This document shows positions 1 to 10,358 of a stretch of 64,000 nucleotides of DNA, piece by piece; within the stretch, counting starts at the first letter, position 1; each line of letters begins with the position of its first letter. The stretch lies in the NCBI GenBank assembly GCA_018883165.1, contig VEQN01000001.1, positions 21,949 through 85,948 of the forward strand, given 5' to 3'. The notes beneath the pieces were generated by a model. That model did no database searches and was not told the origin of the DNA. It saw nothing but the letters and a program-made list of their open reading frames with translations. A program made the translations under genes and the position numbers. This DNA comes from Candidatus Tayloriibacteriota bacterium. Lineage in GTDB: Bacteria > Patescibacteriota > Minisyncoccia > Phycocordibacterales > CAIZLB01.

Positions 1-1159
1 TAAATACACCCAGCAACACAGCTAGAAACATTTTTTCCCTTCGTGCTATGGGCCATTGTGCTAGAGACAAGACTAAGAACAGTAGGACAACTGGGCCAAG
101 ATGCCCAAACTCACGGAACATCGGAAGTAATACTTTTCCGTAATACAAATCAGCAAACATAAATGTTGAGAGCTCCAAACACAACAACGCAAAGATCATT
201 AATACAAATACTGAATGAATTTCACGCACCCTACTTCCTCTTCTGACGAGAACAAAGATTAATAGAAGGATACATAGCGAAGAGAACGACGTGAGCACAG
301 GAGCATCATAAAAGCGATCGATCAGAGTAGCTTTTGAGAAAGTCATATTCAGGATATCTTTGTACGAATCCAAAGCTAAATCCTTAAAACTTGCCTTAGA
401 AGCAACTTCACTTACTTGAGAAATATGTATACCTCCTACCAAGAAATTGGATAGCCAAGGTAAATTAATTAAGAAACTAATAACAAACACAAACAATACC
501 GCCTGAATAGATCTTTTCTCCTTATACACCAAGAAAAAGACAAAGAGAAACAACAAAGCAAATACAAAAAATTGAATCTGAGCACCAATGAAAGCAAAGA
601 ACAATGAGAGTAACAGACCATATCTACGCTTTGTGTTCTGAAACACAAAGAACATGAAGTAGATGAGGTATATAAATATAGTTAATGAGATTAGATAATT
701 AACATGTCCTGCAAGAAGTTTGTAGAAAATGAGCGGATTTAACACCGCAGCAAACGCAGCCGCAAGGTACAGTAAAATGAAATTCTCCTGTGAAGACTTT
801 TGTAATATTTTGTATACACCAAAAGATATCAGCGCAAGCAGTGTAACAACTAAACCATATCTGAATAGCTCAGGTGGGAGAAATCCAAACAAAGAAAAGA
901 TCATTCTGACATAGTAGTCAGACATGTACGGTAATGGAGCACCTGTATCAGCCCCTAGCCAACTGAATGCGTAGTTCCAAAAGACATTTTTAACTTGATC
1001 CTGGTAATATGGAAAACTCCAATCCCAATACTGACCAAGACCTTTCACTGCACCAAACAGTAAGATTGCATAGAAGCACAAAAAAGTTACAAACACCCAT
1101 ATATCTTTAGCGTATATACGTTGCAAGAATGCACGTACATTAAGATATATGTTTATCAA
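1..1159 (-). CDS. Polytopic membrane protein, probable GT-C-type glycosyltransferase (runs off left edge; start approximate)
   Basis: Absent from the ORF track. My minus-strand translation from TTG at 1159 reads ...KDIWVFVTFLCFYAILLFG...YWDWSFPYY...AVLNPLIFYKLLAGHVNYL..., with many hydrophobic segments; follows three glycosyltransferases. Confidence 0.6.
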   Translation of the reverse strand, partial: MINIYLNVRAFLQRIYAKDIWVFVTFLCFYAILLFGAVKGLGQYWDWSFPYYQDQVKNVFWNYAFSWLGADTGAPLPYMSDYYVRMIFSLFGFLPPELFRYGLVVTLLALISFGVYKILQKSSQENFILLYLAAAFAAVLNPLIFYKLLAGHVNYLISLTIFIYLIYFMFFVFQNTKRRYGLLLSLFFAFIGAQIQFFVFALLFLFVFFLVYKEKRSIQAVLFVFVISFLINLPWLSNFLVGGIHISQVSEVASKASFKDLALDSYKDILNMTFSKATLIDRFYDAPVLTSFSSLCILLLIFVLVRRGSRVREIHSVFVLMIFALLCLELSTFMFADLYYGKVLLPMFREFGHLGPVVLLFLVLSLAQWPIARREKMFLAVLLGVF

Positions 1160-3341
1160 TGATTGCTTTGTAATTTTTTCCATATTCTATAACGTGCTTT
1201 TTTGCTTCAGACACTCTCTGTAAAGCATCAGGATATGTGTCTAGTATATATGAAACTGTGGTACTTAGCTTGTTGATATCATCAATGTTGAGTACAAATT
1301 GTGATAACCCCATATCAGCCATCGCACGAGAAACCTTCCCTCTATATGAAATCGCTATAACAGGAGTTTCAGAAAGGACACTTAGTATTGAAGCATGTAA
1401 CCGAGAAGCTACAACCAGAATCGATTCCTTAAACACCTGAGTAACACCAAAGATAGAATGATCGGTACATATACGTATATGATGCATATACTCCTTCGGT
1501 ATATATTTCATAATATCTTTAGCAACCCACAGATCATCTTCCACAACTTCAGATGTCTTTAGGAAAGGTACCAACACAATGTCATACCCTTTTTGTATGT
1601 ACTCATGTGCTAAAGAAATATACGCATCACGAATATGTGTATAATTCTTCTTTGGGTTTGGTACAAAATACAATAGAGAAAATGCTATTTGTTTTTTTCT
1701 AGATATAGCACCTTCAATTTTTAATTGTGAGGCCAGATCTGGAAGTACTGAATATACATTACGGCTCAAATGAAGTTTTCTCGCTGACTCCTGATCTCTA
1801 AAGACAACATATGAAGTAAAAAGACAAGTCATTCTCGAGAGAAACACTGACAATGAATCCAAATCCCCGACACCAGTACCAAGATATATAACTTTTTTTC
1901 CACATATTCGAGCTACGAGATTCACACATAACATTTTATATAAATGCTTTCTCTTTATTCTGTCTTCAAACATCAATGTCCACACATCACCACCGGCATA
2001 TATGATATATTTCAAACCAAAGAACACATGTATCTTGTGTATCCAATGACGAAAAAAATGCGTATCAATTGTTCTAAACACTCCATGTAGGTCATCAGGT
2101 AAAAGTGAGGTATCTGCGCAATTTATATATATCCTTCGTTCATCGATATGTTTTCTAATCGCATATAGAAAAACATCATCTCCAATGTTTCCACGCCCGT
2201 ACGAACCTAAAACCAAAATATCTCGCACTGTCTTTTCCTCTGAGAGAAAGTCATGCTCCCTCTGAAGCACTATATCCCAATCATATTTCTTAAGTACTTC
2301 TCTTACAGCATCTTCATCTCTTTTTTGCCTTCCATCAAGAATTCTTAGAATGACTTCTACTGCCGCATCAATAGTATTATCTCCCACAAAACATATGGCT
2401 TCTCCCCATACCCTCTTCATCTCTTGGTTTGAAAATGAAACCACAGGCAAACCAGTAGCTAATGCTTCACCCATTGCTATTCCCCAACCCTCTTCAGTTG
2501 AAGCTGAGAAAAAGACCTTTGATTTCTGATACACACCGATTTTCTCTTCATCACTTACATATCCTGGCACATTAATGTGAGGTGACATTCCCCTCGATTC
2601 GATATACGCCTTCAAATTTTTTAGTTCAGGTCCAGATCCAAGCAACGCAGCAGTAATATCAAACCCTCTTTTACGTAGCATAATGATTGTATCGACAAAT
2701 GTATATATACCTTTACTTCGATGCATTCTACCGCAATATACAATGTCATTTGAACTACCCGTTTCTACGTTTAGTGAGTCAGTATATTTTTCATCAATAC
2801 CATTTGATGATTGAAAAATTAATTCCCGACTAAAATTGAATTGTCCAACAAGAACTTCCGTGATCACCTGTGACACAGATACAATTCCAACATTAAGTAT
2901 TTTTAGTATAAAGAATGAAATTCTTTCAAAGACAGCGTGATATATTTTTGTTATACCTTTTCTCCCTTGGGTCGATACAATATGATGAACATAACAATAT
3001 CTTTTCTTTGATGGGGTGAAAAATAGTGGTAATACATCAAAGAAAAAGTGTGACGAAGCGATGAACACATCATCTTTCTTGTATTGTCTCACTTTCAATA
3101 CCGAAAGACATGTCCTATATATGTATCTTAAAAACAATCTTACACCATATGGAACCGGAGTCGATTCTCTGTATACATCGAACGTAACATACTGCGGTTT
3201 AGATAAATCTTCTAGAATACTGCTTGATATGACAGATACTTGTGCACCTTCTTTTACCTGCGTGCTCATTAACCTCAGAGCATGTTGATCTCCTCCAGAT
3301 ATTTCAGATGTAATACCATTTAATATGTGTACATATCTCAT
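1140..3341 (-). CDS. Fusion: GT4 glycosyltransferase + polysaccharide pyruvyl transferase domain
   Basis: N-half has YCGRMHRSKG and EEGWGIAMGEALATGLPVV (GT4 EX7E); C-half has GSYGRGNIGDD, FRDQES and SRLHASILS typical of pyruvyl transferases. Confidence 0.85.
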   Translation of the reverse strand: MRYVHILNGITSEISGGDQHALRLMSTQVKEGAQVSVISSSILEDLSKPQYVTFDVYRESTPVPYGVRLFLRYIYRTCLSVLKVRQYKKDDVFIASSHFFFDVLPLFFTPSKKRYCYVHHIVSTQGRKGITKIYHAVFERISFFILKILNVGIVSVSQVITEVLVGQFNFSRELIFQSSNGIDEKYTDSLNVETGSSNDIVYCGRMHRSKGIYTFVDTIIMLRKRGFDITAALLGSGPELKNLKAYIESRGMSPHINVPGYVSDEEKIGVYQKSKVFFSASTEEGWGIAMGEALATGLPVVSFSNQEMKRVWGEAICFVGDNTIDAAVEVILRILDGRQKRDEDAVREVLKKYDWDIVLQREHDFLSEEKTVRDILVLGSYGRGNIGDDVFLYAIRKHIDERRIYINCADTSLLPDDLHGVFRTIDTHFFRHWIHKIHVFFGLKYIIYAGGDVWTLMFEDRIKRKHLYKMLCVNLVARICGKKVIYLGTGVGDLDSLSVFLSRMTCLFTSYVVFRDQESARKLHLSRNVYSVLPDLASQLKIEGAISRKKQIAFSLLYFVPNPKKNYTHIRDAYISLAHEYIQKGYDIVLVPFLKTSEVVEDDLWVAKDIMKYIPKEYMHHIRICTDHSIFGVTQVFKESILVVASRLHASILSVLSETPVIAISYRGKVSRAMADMGLSQFVLNIDDINKLSTTVSYILDTYPDALQRVSEAKKHVIEYGKNYKAIIDKHIS

Positions 3342-3342
3342 A

Positions 3343-4179
3343 CTATTTCCGTATATACCCCACCATCATACCAAGAAATGCAGCCCAAAATTCAATGACT
3401 TTTGCAAAAAACACACCCAGGTACACTAATGGATCTTTAAGACCATCTCGCCAATGACAGAGAAATATATTCATTCTTTGGATAATTCCTCTACCTTTCA
3501 TATTACTTCTATTACTCTTTTTCTGAACATACTTCCTAAATGCCTTGCCATACAAAAAACGCTTACGAATTATCGTATCAATATCCAACTCACCTTCGTT
3601 ATGTAATATCCTATCTTTTGTTCGATACACCCTCACACCCAAACCTTTTACCCTATCGTACAAATCCCAATCTTCACCACCAGTCAATCCTTCGTCGTAC
3701 CCACCAACCTGTCTGAATATATGTGCAGAATATATACGAGGCGCCTCTATTTCGTCGTTTCCGATATAGAAACTACGTTCCATTTTTTTTACTTTCGCTA
3801 GAAAGCCAACACCAAATGATTCCTCGGTAATGATTCCAACTACCTTTTCTTTTTGTTCGAATTTCTTTAGTGACTCCACGAACTCCTCAATACATACGGA
3901 TCCGATTTCCATATCACTGTCTATGAAGCACAGGTATTCGCCACAGGACACTGATGCACCAAAATTTCTTTGTGCACTTCTTTCCGGCCCATTTGTATAT
4001 ACCTTGTCAGTATACTTTTTTGCAATTGATACCGTATCATCCGTACTTTGATTATCAACTACAATAGTTTCAATGTTCTTGTAGGTCTGTTCTTGAATTA
4101 ACTTCAAACATGCACCTAAAGTATGTGCGGAATTCCTCGTTGGTACAATAATTGATATTTTTGGATTATATACCTGCAT
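3343..4179 (-). CDS. GT2 family glycosyltransferase
   Basis: ISIIVPTRNS, VVDNQSTD, FIDSD (DXD), GGYDE..GGEDWDL; start moved to ATG 4179. Confidence 0.9.
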   Translation of the reverse strand: MQVYNPKISIIVPTRNSAHTLGACLKLIQEQTYKNIETIVVDNQSTDDTVSIAKKYTDKVYTNGPERSAQRNFGASVSCGEYLCFIDSDMEIGSVCIEEFVESLKKFEQKEKVVGIITEESFGVGFLAKVKKMERSFYIGNDEIEAPRIYSAHIFRQVGGYDEGLTGGEDWDLYDRVKGLGVRVYRTKDRILHNEGELDIDTIIRKRFLYGKAFRKYVQKKSNRSNMKGRGIIQRMNIFLCHWRDGLKDPLVYLGVFFAKVIEFWAAFLGMMVGYIRK

Positions 4180-5281
4180 ATTTTTTAAAATCTTTGTACA
4201 TGTTTTCAGGTGTAAATTTCCTTGCATACTCAAGTCCCTTCACTTGCATACTCCGATATATCTTGTCATCACTTAAGAGACGCGCAACGGAATCGGCCAT
4301 ACCCTTTGGGGTGTTCTCTGTTGTAAGTAACCCTGTAACACCATCAATGACACTGTCTCTGAGACCATCTACATTGTATACAACTGCTGGTGTACCGTTT
4401 AACGCTGCCTCCGTCACAATGAGTCCCCACCCCTCTTTAATCGAACTGACACATATGACATGAGATTCTGCCATATATCTTACTTTCTCTTCTTCAGTCA
4501 CCTTACCTTTGTATGTTATGGAATCTTTGTACGGTGAATTGTTGATGAGTTTAAATATATATTCCCCATACAAACCCACCGCCATGCCACACACGATAAG
4601 TTCTAGGTTAGGAATCTTTTTCTTGGCCTCCTCGAATGCTTGTATGACAAGATGTGTTCTTTTCATTGGTCTAATTGTTCCCAAAGAAAGCATTGTTGGA
4701 TTTCTTCTTTTGACAACCACATCTAAAGATTTCACTGGCAAAATCTCTGTACATTGAGTAAGTACATGAACATTATCTTTCTTAAATCCAAATCGAAGCA
4801 AATCTTTCTTGGTACTCTCTGAAATAGTTACAGTGAGAGACTTTCTCATGAGCCACACATATATTGGCTCAAGGAGATATCCTAATATATGCACAGGAAA
4901 GAACATTTGATAGAACCATACTTTACGTGAAAGTTGATGAATGAAATATATACTCCTTTGTTTGGCATAGAAGCGTACAAAAAACGGTACCGCGTTACTC
5001 TCATCTATAATAAGATCTGGCCAATCACGCAAATGTGTAAAATAGTACATCATAGCTCGAGCATACAATGTCCACTGATTTCCAAGTCGTATGACCCTAA
5101 AACCTTTCCGAGTCACTTCTGTTCTATGGTTTGGAGTTTTTGGATTTCCAAAATCCCCCACCAAGAAAATTACTTCATGTCCATCTTTAACCATCTGTTC
5201 TGCTAGAAGCTCATTTACCACCTCAGCTCCCCCAGCGAATGGATGCTCCATATCTTTCCATGTGAACCATAATATCTTCAT
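4166..5281 (-). CDS. GT4 family glycosyltransferase
   Basis: AGGAE N-terminal motif; KEGWGLIVTEAALNGTPAV (EX7E). Confidence 0.9.
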   Translation of the reverse strand: MKILWFTWKDMEHPFAGGAEVVNELLAEQMVKDGHEVIFLVGDFGNPKTPNHRTEVTRKGFRVIRLGNQWTLYARAMMYYFTHLRDWPDLIIDESNAVPFFVRFYAKQRSIYFIHQLSRKVWFYQMFFPVHILGYLLEPIYVWLMRKSLTVTISESTKKDLLRFGFKKDNVHVLTQCTEILPVKSLDVVVKRRNPTMLSLGTIRPMKRTHLVIQAFEEAKKKIPNLELIVCGMAVGLYGEYIFKLINNSPYKDSITYKGKVTEEEKVRYMAESHVICVSSIKEGWGLIVTEAALNGTPAVVYNVDGLRDSVIDGVTGLLTTENTPKGMADSVARLLSDDKIYRSMQVKGLEYARKFTPENMYKDFKKYAGI

Positions 5282-5328
5282 CGGGAATTCATAATATCAG
5301 ATGATGAAAAGTATGCTAGGATTGACGT

Positions 5329-6675
5329 ATGCAAAAAACCAAGACCTCACAAAAACCAACAATCTATGATGTCATTGTCATAGGTGGTGGCCCTGCAGGC
5401 ATGATGGCTGCAAACAGGGCCGCAGAACGAGGCCTTCGAGTGCTACTTCTTGAGAAAAACAGTACTCTTGGTAAAAAACTCCTCATAACCGGGGGTGGTA
5501 GATGCAATGTAACCAATGCAGAGTTTGATACACGAAAACTTCTTGAGAAGTACCGTGATGCAGGAAAATATCTCTTTTCCCCTTTCTCGAAGTGGAATGT
5601 ACAACACACCCTCGAATATCTCCATACACGCGGACTATTCACAAAAGTCGAAAATGAGAAACGTGTGTTTCCAGTGACTGACAAAGCTCAGTCAGTATGG
5701 GATGTACTTGTTCGAGACCTTAAGAAAAACAAGGTGGTAGTTCAATCAGATACGGAAGTGACAGGTTTTGTACTCGATGGTGAAAAGATTACCGGGGTAA
5801 ACACAAAACAGAAAGGTGTATTGTTCGCAAAAGCTTTCATCTTAGCAACTGGTGGCAAATCACACCCTGAGACGGGATCAACTGGAGAGGGTTTTGAGTG
5901 GCTACAAAAAATTGGACACACCGTAAGCGAACCAGACTCATCATTAGTTCCCATTAAACTCAAAACAAAACCAGACAATATTGAAGAGACAAGGACAGTA
6001 AAAAATATCGTATCTCCACTGATGTCATGGTTTAAAGATCTTCAGGGTATAACTCTACAAAATATACGGATCAGTGTATTTGAAGATAACACTCGTAAGT
6101 TCTACAAAGACGGAAAGATACTGTTTACCCACTTTGGTGTTACAGGTCCAACAATTTTGAATATGAGTAAAGATATTGGGGAGATATTAAAATATGCTGA
6201 TGTGACAATACATATAGATTTGTTTCCAAAAATGAATCATAAAGAAATTGATTTGAATATTCTCGAGACATTCAAAAGTCAAAATGTGAAAAAAATTAAG
6301 AATGCATTCGGATCAGTACATGGTGATATTTTAGGGACCCAACCGCGTGCACTCTACCCCATCATACTCATGCTTTCTGGTATAAACCCTGAGAAAACAT
6401 GTAGTACCATCACCAAAGATGAGCGTAACCGATTAGTACATACCCTGAAGGATCTAAAACTTACAGTCGATGGACTTCTAGGTGCACAGAAAGCCATAGT
6501 AACCTCAGGTGGTATTTCACTTGATGAAATCGAATGGAAAAACATGAGCTCAAAGAAATATCCAAACCTACACATTGTCGGTGATGTATTAGATATCGAC
6601 AGACCTTCAGGTGGATACAGTCTCCAGCTATGTTGGACTACTGGATTTGTTGCTGGAGACTCAGTGCTTGAATAG
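5329..6675 (+). CDS. HI0933/YhiN family FAD-dependent oxidoreductase
   Basis: GGGPAG, GKKLLITGGGRCNVTN, ATGGKSHP.TGSTG, GGYSLQ. Confidence 0.92.
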   Translation: MQKTKTSQKPTIYDVIVIGGGPAGMMAANRAAERGLRVLLLEKNSTLGKKLLITGGGRCNVTNAEFDTRKLLEKYRDAGKYLFSPFSKWNVQHTLEYLHTRGLFTKVENEKRVFPVTDKAQSVWDVLVRDLKKNKVVVQSDTEVTGFVLDGEKITGVNTKQKGVLFAKAFILATGGKSHPETGSTGEGFEWLQKIGHTVSEPDSSLVPIKLKTKPDNIEETRTVKNIVSPLMSWFKDLQGITLQNIRISVFEDNTRKFYKDGKILFTHFGVTGPTILNMSKDIGEILKYADVTIHIDLFPKMNHKEIDLNILETFKSQNVKKIKNAFGSVHGDILGTQPRALYPIILMLSGINPEKTCSTITKDERNRLVHTLKDLKLTVDGLLGAQKAIVTSGGISLDEIEWKNMSSKKYPNLHIVGDVLDIDRPSGGYSLQLCWTTGFVAGDSVLE

Positions 6676-6679
6676 ATAT

Positions 6680-7984
6680 ATGTACGAAAAGATACTCACA
6701 CAACTTCAAGAAGAACACACAAATGTTTCCATTGATACCAGAACCATCGCCAAGGGCGATATATACATTGCAATCAAGGGAGAAAAATTTGACGGTCATT
6801 CATTTGTTAGAGAAGCAATCACAAAAGGAGCTTCAGTATGTATTGTAGAGAAAAACAATACATATATTCAAGATATTGAAGCAACACATCTTTTGTATGT
6901 TGAAGACACCACCAAAGCATTACATGAACTCGCAGGTACATATCGAGACATGTTTGATATTCCAGTAATTGGAATTAGTGGATGCAATGGAAAAACTACT
7001 ACTAAGAATATGCTTGCGTCAGTATGTAAAGCATATGTTGGCGAGGAAGCAGTATTGTATACACAGAAAAACAACAACAATGATATCGGCGTATCCTTAA
7101 CCATCCTGTCTTTGAGAAAAACACACAAACTAGCAGTCATAGAGCTTGGATCAAATCACAAAGGGGAAATTGAACTGTTATGCTCAATCGCAAAACCAAC
7201 ACATGGTATTACAACTAATATTGGTGCAGCCCATATTGAATTTTTCGGTACACTTGAGGCAATCGCTGATGAAGAAGGGTTCATAGGAACCACCCTTCCA
7301 GAGAATGGTTCCTATGTGCTTTTAGAGAAAGACACATACACCAAATATATTTCTAAAAAAACAAAAGCGAATGTACAACTTGCAGGTAAGTTGTACATTG
7401 AACATATATATGATACCGAAGACATATTACAAAAACTTTCTGGTATAGGTATTAGCGCCCCACACCTTGTTGATGACGCTCTTCTAGTGCTAACAATGTC
7501 ACATATTCTCAATATACCACTAGACACTGTCCTTTCTGGACTTGCATCAGCTACAAACGACAGAGGTAGATTTCATATACAAAATGTAATAATACAAAAT
7601 ACAAAATGCATACTCATTGATGACACATACAATGCAAATCCCGATTCAGTAATTGCTTCAATCAAAGCAACCGCAACACTCTACCCTACACAACAAAAGA
7701 TTTTAGTCCTTGGGGAACTTAAAGAACTTGGTACATATCTACGGACAGGATATGGACGGATCAATGAAGCACTCAAAGAATATACATTCTCTGAGGTGAT
7801 ATATGTCGGTATCGATGCATCATTACTACACACAGACAGTGCAGCATTTCAAAAAACACATTGCCCTTCAAACTCAGAAGCTATCTCGTATATTACTACG
7901 CACTGTAAAGCAGATGCTGTCATTTTATGTAAAGGAAGTAACGGTGCAAAGATGTGGGAGGTTGTTCAGGGCTTGAGTAAGTAA
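6680..7984 (+). CDS. murF: UDP-N-acetylmuramoyl-tripeptide--D-Ala-D-Ala ligase
   Basis: SIDTR, FDGHSF, GCNGKTTTK, NNDIG, DDTYNANPDS, LGELKELG, KGS; start moved to ATG 6680. Confidence 0.92.
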   Translation: MYEKILTQLQEEHTNVSIDTRTIAKGDIYIAIKGEKFDGHSFVREAITKGASVCIVEKNNTYIQDIEATHLLYVEDTTKALHELAGTYRDMFDIPVIGISGCNGKTTTKNMLASVCKAYVGEEAVLYTQKNNNNDIGVSLTILSLRKTHKLAVIELGSNHKGEIELLCSIAKPTHGITTNIGAAHIEFFGTLEAIADEEGFIGTTLPENGSYVLLEKDTYTKYISKKTKANVQLAGKLYIEHIYDTEDILQKLSGIGISAPHLVDDALLVLTMSHILNIPLDTVLSGLASATNDRGRFHIQNVIIQNTKCILIDDTYNANPDSVIASIKATATLYPTQQKILVLGELKELGTYLRTGYGRINEALKEYTFSEVIYVGIDASLLHTDSAAFQKTHCPSNSEAISYITTHCKADAVILCKGSNGAKMWEVVQGLSK

Positions 7985-7996
7985 TAGTTTTGTCAT

Positions 7997-8033
7997 AAAA
8001 AAGAGAGCCGTCCGGTACAAGACCGAACGGCTC
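7997..8033. terminator. Hairpin terminator between murF and convergent small ORF
   Basis: GAGCCGT..CGGT-loop-ACCG..ACGGCTC preceded by an A-tract (U-tract on minus strand). Confidence 0.65.
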
Positions 8034-8059
8034 CGAAGTTTGTGTCGCTCTGCAGAGCT

Positions 8060-8221
8060 TCACGGTCGTCCTTCAATCTGCTCGAAAGCTTCTCTGGCCA
8101 TGTTGTTTGACCTTAGAATATCCGACTTAATTTGCGATTCCTTGAATGGCTGCAGGAAAAACACGCAAACTAAGAAGATTAAGATTGAGACGACTAACCA
8201 GACAATCCAATGGTGTCTCAT
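8060..8221 (-). CDS. Small single-TM protein (53 aa)
   Basis: MRHHWIVWLVVSILIFLVCVFFLQPFKESQIKSDILRSNNMAREAFEQIEGRP*; TTGCTT-16-TATAAT upstream and hairpin downstream; below ORF-track cutoff. Confidence 0.6.
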   Translation of the reverse strand: MRHHWIVWLVVSILIFLVCVFFLQPFKESQIKSDILRSNNMAREAFEQIEGRP

Positions 8222-8261
8222 AACGGGAACGATTTAACCATAAAAATTATATCATATAATA

Positions 8262-8295
8262 ATAAAAAAGCAACCAATGCAGGTTGCTTTTTTAT
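8262..8295. terminator. Intrinsic terminator of DEAD-box helicase gene
   Basis: ATAAAAAAGCAACC-aatgca-GGTTGCTTTTTTAT perfect inverted repeat. Confidence 0.85.
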
Positions 8296-8306
8296 AGTTC
8301 TTAAAT

Positions 8307-9869
8307 TTAATCAATAAACGTAAGGGCTTTTCCGGTCTTCCCTCCTCGTCCTGTTCGTCCGATTCGGTGTACGTAGTCCTCATATGACTGTGGGATGTCA
8401 AAGTTAATTACATGAGTTACGTTTGGAATATCGAGTCCTCGTGCCGCAACATCGGTTGCAATGAGAACCTGAACAGCGTTTTCTTTGAACATCTTAAGTG
8501 CTCGCTGTCGCTGTGCATGATTCTTGTCACCGTGAATTGATACGGCTTTAAGACCAAGCTTCTGAAGCATGATCCCCAGCTTCTCAACTCCGTGCTTTGT
8601 TCGTCCGAAGATGAGTACTTTACTAAATTCAGGGTCTTGCAAGAGATCCATCAACACATCGATTTTGTTTCTACCTTCTGTTCGGACAATGTCCTGGTCA
8701 ACAGCTTTAGATGTATCTCGTGTCTTTACCGAAATTCTTACAGGATCATTCAAGAACTCATGGATGAGTTTTTCAATTTCTGGTGAGAGTGTTGCAGAGA
8801 AGAACAATGTATGTCTCTCTTTTGGCATCAAACTCATAATATATCGCATATCTCCGATGAATCCCATATCAAGCATTCGGTCAGCTTCATCAAGAACAAC
8901 AGAGTTGAATGATGCGAGGTTAATTCTCCCTCGTTCAATCAAATCTTTAAGTCGTCCTGGGGTACCGATGATGAAGTTGTTGAAATATTTCAACTCTCGA
9001 AGTTGTTTACCAATATATTCACCACCAACGCAGCATACTGAGAAGAGTTTCATACCTCTTGAGAAGGCTCGAAACTCATCATCAATTTGAATTGCAAGCT
9101 CTCGTGTTGGGGCCATGATGAGTACTTGTTGTTTTGGATCCTTGAATACCTTGTCGATGAGAGGAATCAAAAATGCTGCAGTTTTACCTGTACCAGTGTT
9201 TGCAATACCTACAACATCTCGACCTGTAAGTACTACAGGGATTGATTTGTCTTGGATTGGAGATGGAACTTTGTATCCCTTAGCAACAATGTTTGTCTTC
9301 AAACCTTCTGACACTTCAAAATCAGTGAAGTGATGTGTTGGTGTATATACCTCCACTTCCTCTTTAACATCTGCCTTGTTTACAAACTTAGAAATATCAA
9401 TGAGTTGTCCTTGTGGACCTCGAATCATATTTGGATTATTAAATCGTGAACCACCTGATCTGCCACCAAATCGTGAAGGTCGTCCTCCACCAAATCCTCT
9501 ACCACCTGATCTACCGAATCTACTTCCACCACTCATCGGTCTGTCATATCGTGGCCTGTCACCACCTTCCTGATATCTCTCTCGTGCATCAAAACCACCT
9601 CGTGATTCAGCAGTTCGAGTTCTTTGTGGAGCTCTTGATGAGAAACTTTGTGTTCCTCTACCAAACGACTGTCGTCGTTCACGTACAAAATCCCCTGCCT
9701 CCTGTTCTACAATTGGAGCCATGTGTTTTGGAAGATAGTCGGCAAAACGATCATATGAAGCATCATATGCGTACTTTCCAACTTTCTTAACTGTCCCAAC
9801 TGGTCCCTGAGGCGCCAGTTTAGCCGGCCGTTTCGGTCGGTCACCTTTCATAAATTTTCTCTTAAACAT
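8307..9869 (-). CDS. DEAD-box RNA helicase with long RG/RGG-rich N-terminal extension
   Basis: Q motif, TGTGKT, PTRELA, TPGR, DEAD, SAT, ARGLD, HRIGRTGR. Confidence 0.95.
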   Translation of the reverse strand: MFKRKFMKGDRPKRPAKLAPQGPVGTVKKVGKYAYDASYDRFADYLPKHMAPIVEQEAGDFVRERRQSFGRGTQSFSSRAPQRTRTAESRGGFDARERYQEGGDRPRYDRPMSGGSRFGRSGGRGFGGGRPSRFGGRSGGSRFNNPNMIRGPQGQLIDISKFVNKADVKEEVEVYTPTHHFTDFEVSEGLKTNIVAKGYKVPSPIQDKSIPVVLTGRDVVGIANTGTGKTAAFLIPLIDKVFKDPKQQVLIMAPTRELAIQIDDEFRAFSRGMKLFSVCCVGGEYIGKQLRELKYFNNFIIGTPGRLKDLIERGRINLASFNSVVLDEADRMLDMGFIGDMRYIMSLMPKERHTLFFSATLSPEIEKLIHEFLNDPVRISVKTRDTSKAVDQDIVRTEGRNKIDVLMDLLQDPEFSKVLIFGRTKHGVEKLGIMLQKLGLKAVSIHGDKNHAQRQRALKMFKENAVQVLIATDVAARGLDIPNVTHVINFDIPQSYEDYVHRIGRTGRGGKTGKALTFID

Positions 9870-10171
9870 GTGTATCTTTGGACTTTTGCCTTGAAAGAAT
9901 TCTGTGATTCTTTTCTACGTATATACAAAAGTGTGGTGCTCGTATCTATCGTACAAGCTCTATTAGTCTTTATGGGTAACGTAAGACGACTAATGAATCT
10001 CCTCTGTGTCAGATGGGCTCATATGTGAGCAAAATTACTGTACGTAGTACAAACAATTGAGATTACTTCTTACTCACACAATATACAGCAAATATTGATA
10101 TTGGTCAATGTTTTCTGTATCATTATACAAAAGCTCTTTGTAGAAACGCACTTTCACCCAGCAACACAGCC

Positions 10172-10282
10172 ATGAACGAATACAAGAAATCCCCACACAA
10201 CGCCATCACCCTCTTCATCATCATGCTCATACTCAATGTCCTCTGGCACACATACGGCATGCCGTATCTCATTGGACTTTGA
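10172..10282 (+). CDS. Small hydrophobic protein (36 aa)
   Basis: MNEYKKSPHNAITLFIIMLILNVLWHTYGMPYLIGL*; A/C-rich leader and immediate terminator. Confidence 0.5.
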   Translation: MNEYKKSPHNAITLFIIMLILNVLWHTYGMPYLIGL

Positions 10283-10288
10283 AAGGCA

Positions 10289-10319
10289 GAAAAGTCCGTA
10301 CTCCGTTACGGGCTTTTTC
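10289..10319 (+). terminator. Intrinsic terminator
   Basis: GAAAAGTCCGTA-ctccgt-TACGGGCTTTTTC. Confidence 0.7.
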
Positions 10320-10358
10320 GTTGATTTTAAGGTTACAAAATGATATTCTAGGCTCCAT

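Noticed and set aside
8005-8033. Hairpin starting GAGCCG resembles group II intron domain V
   Set aside because: No GNRA loop, domain VI or RT gene; position and U-tract fit a terminator
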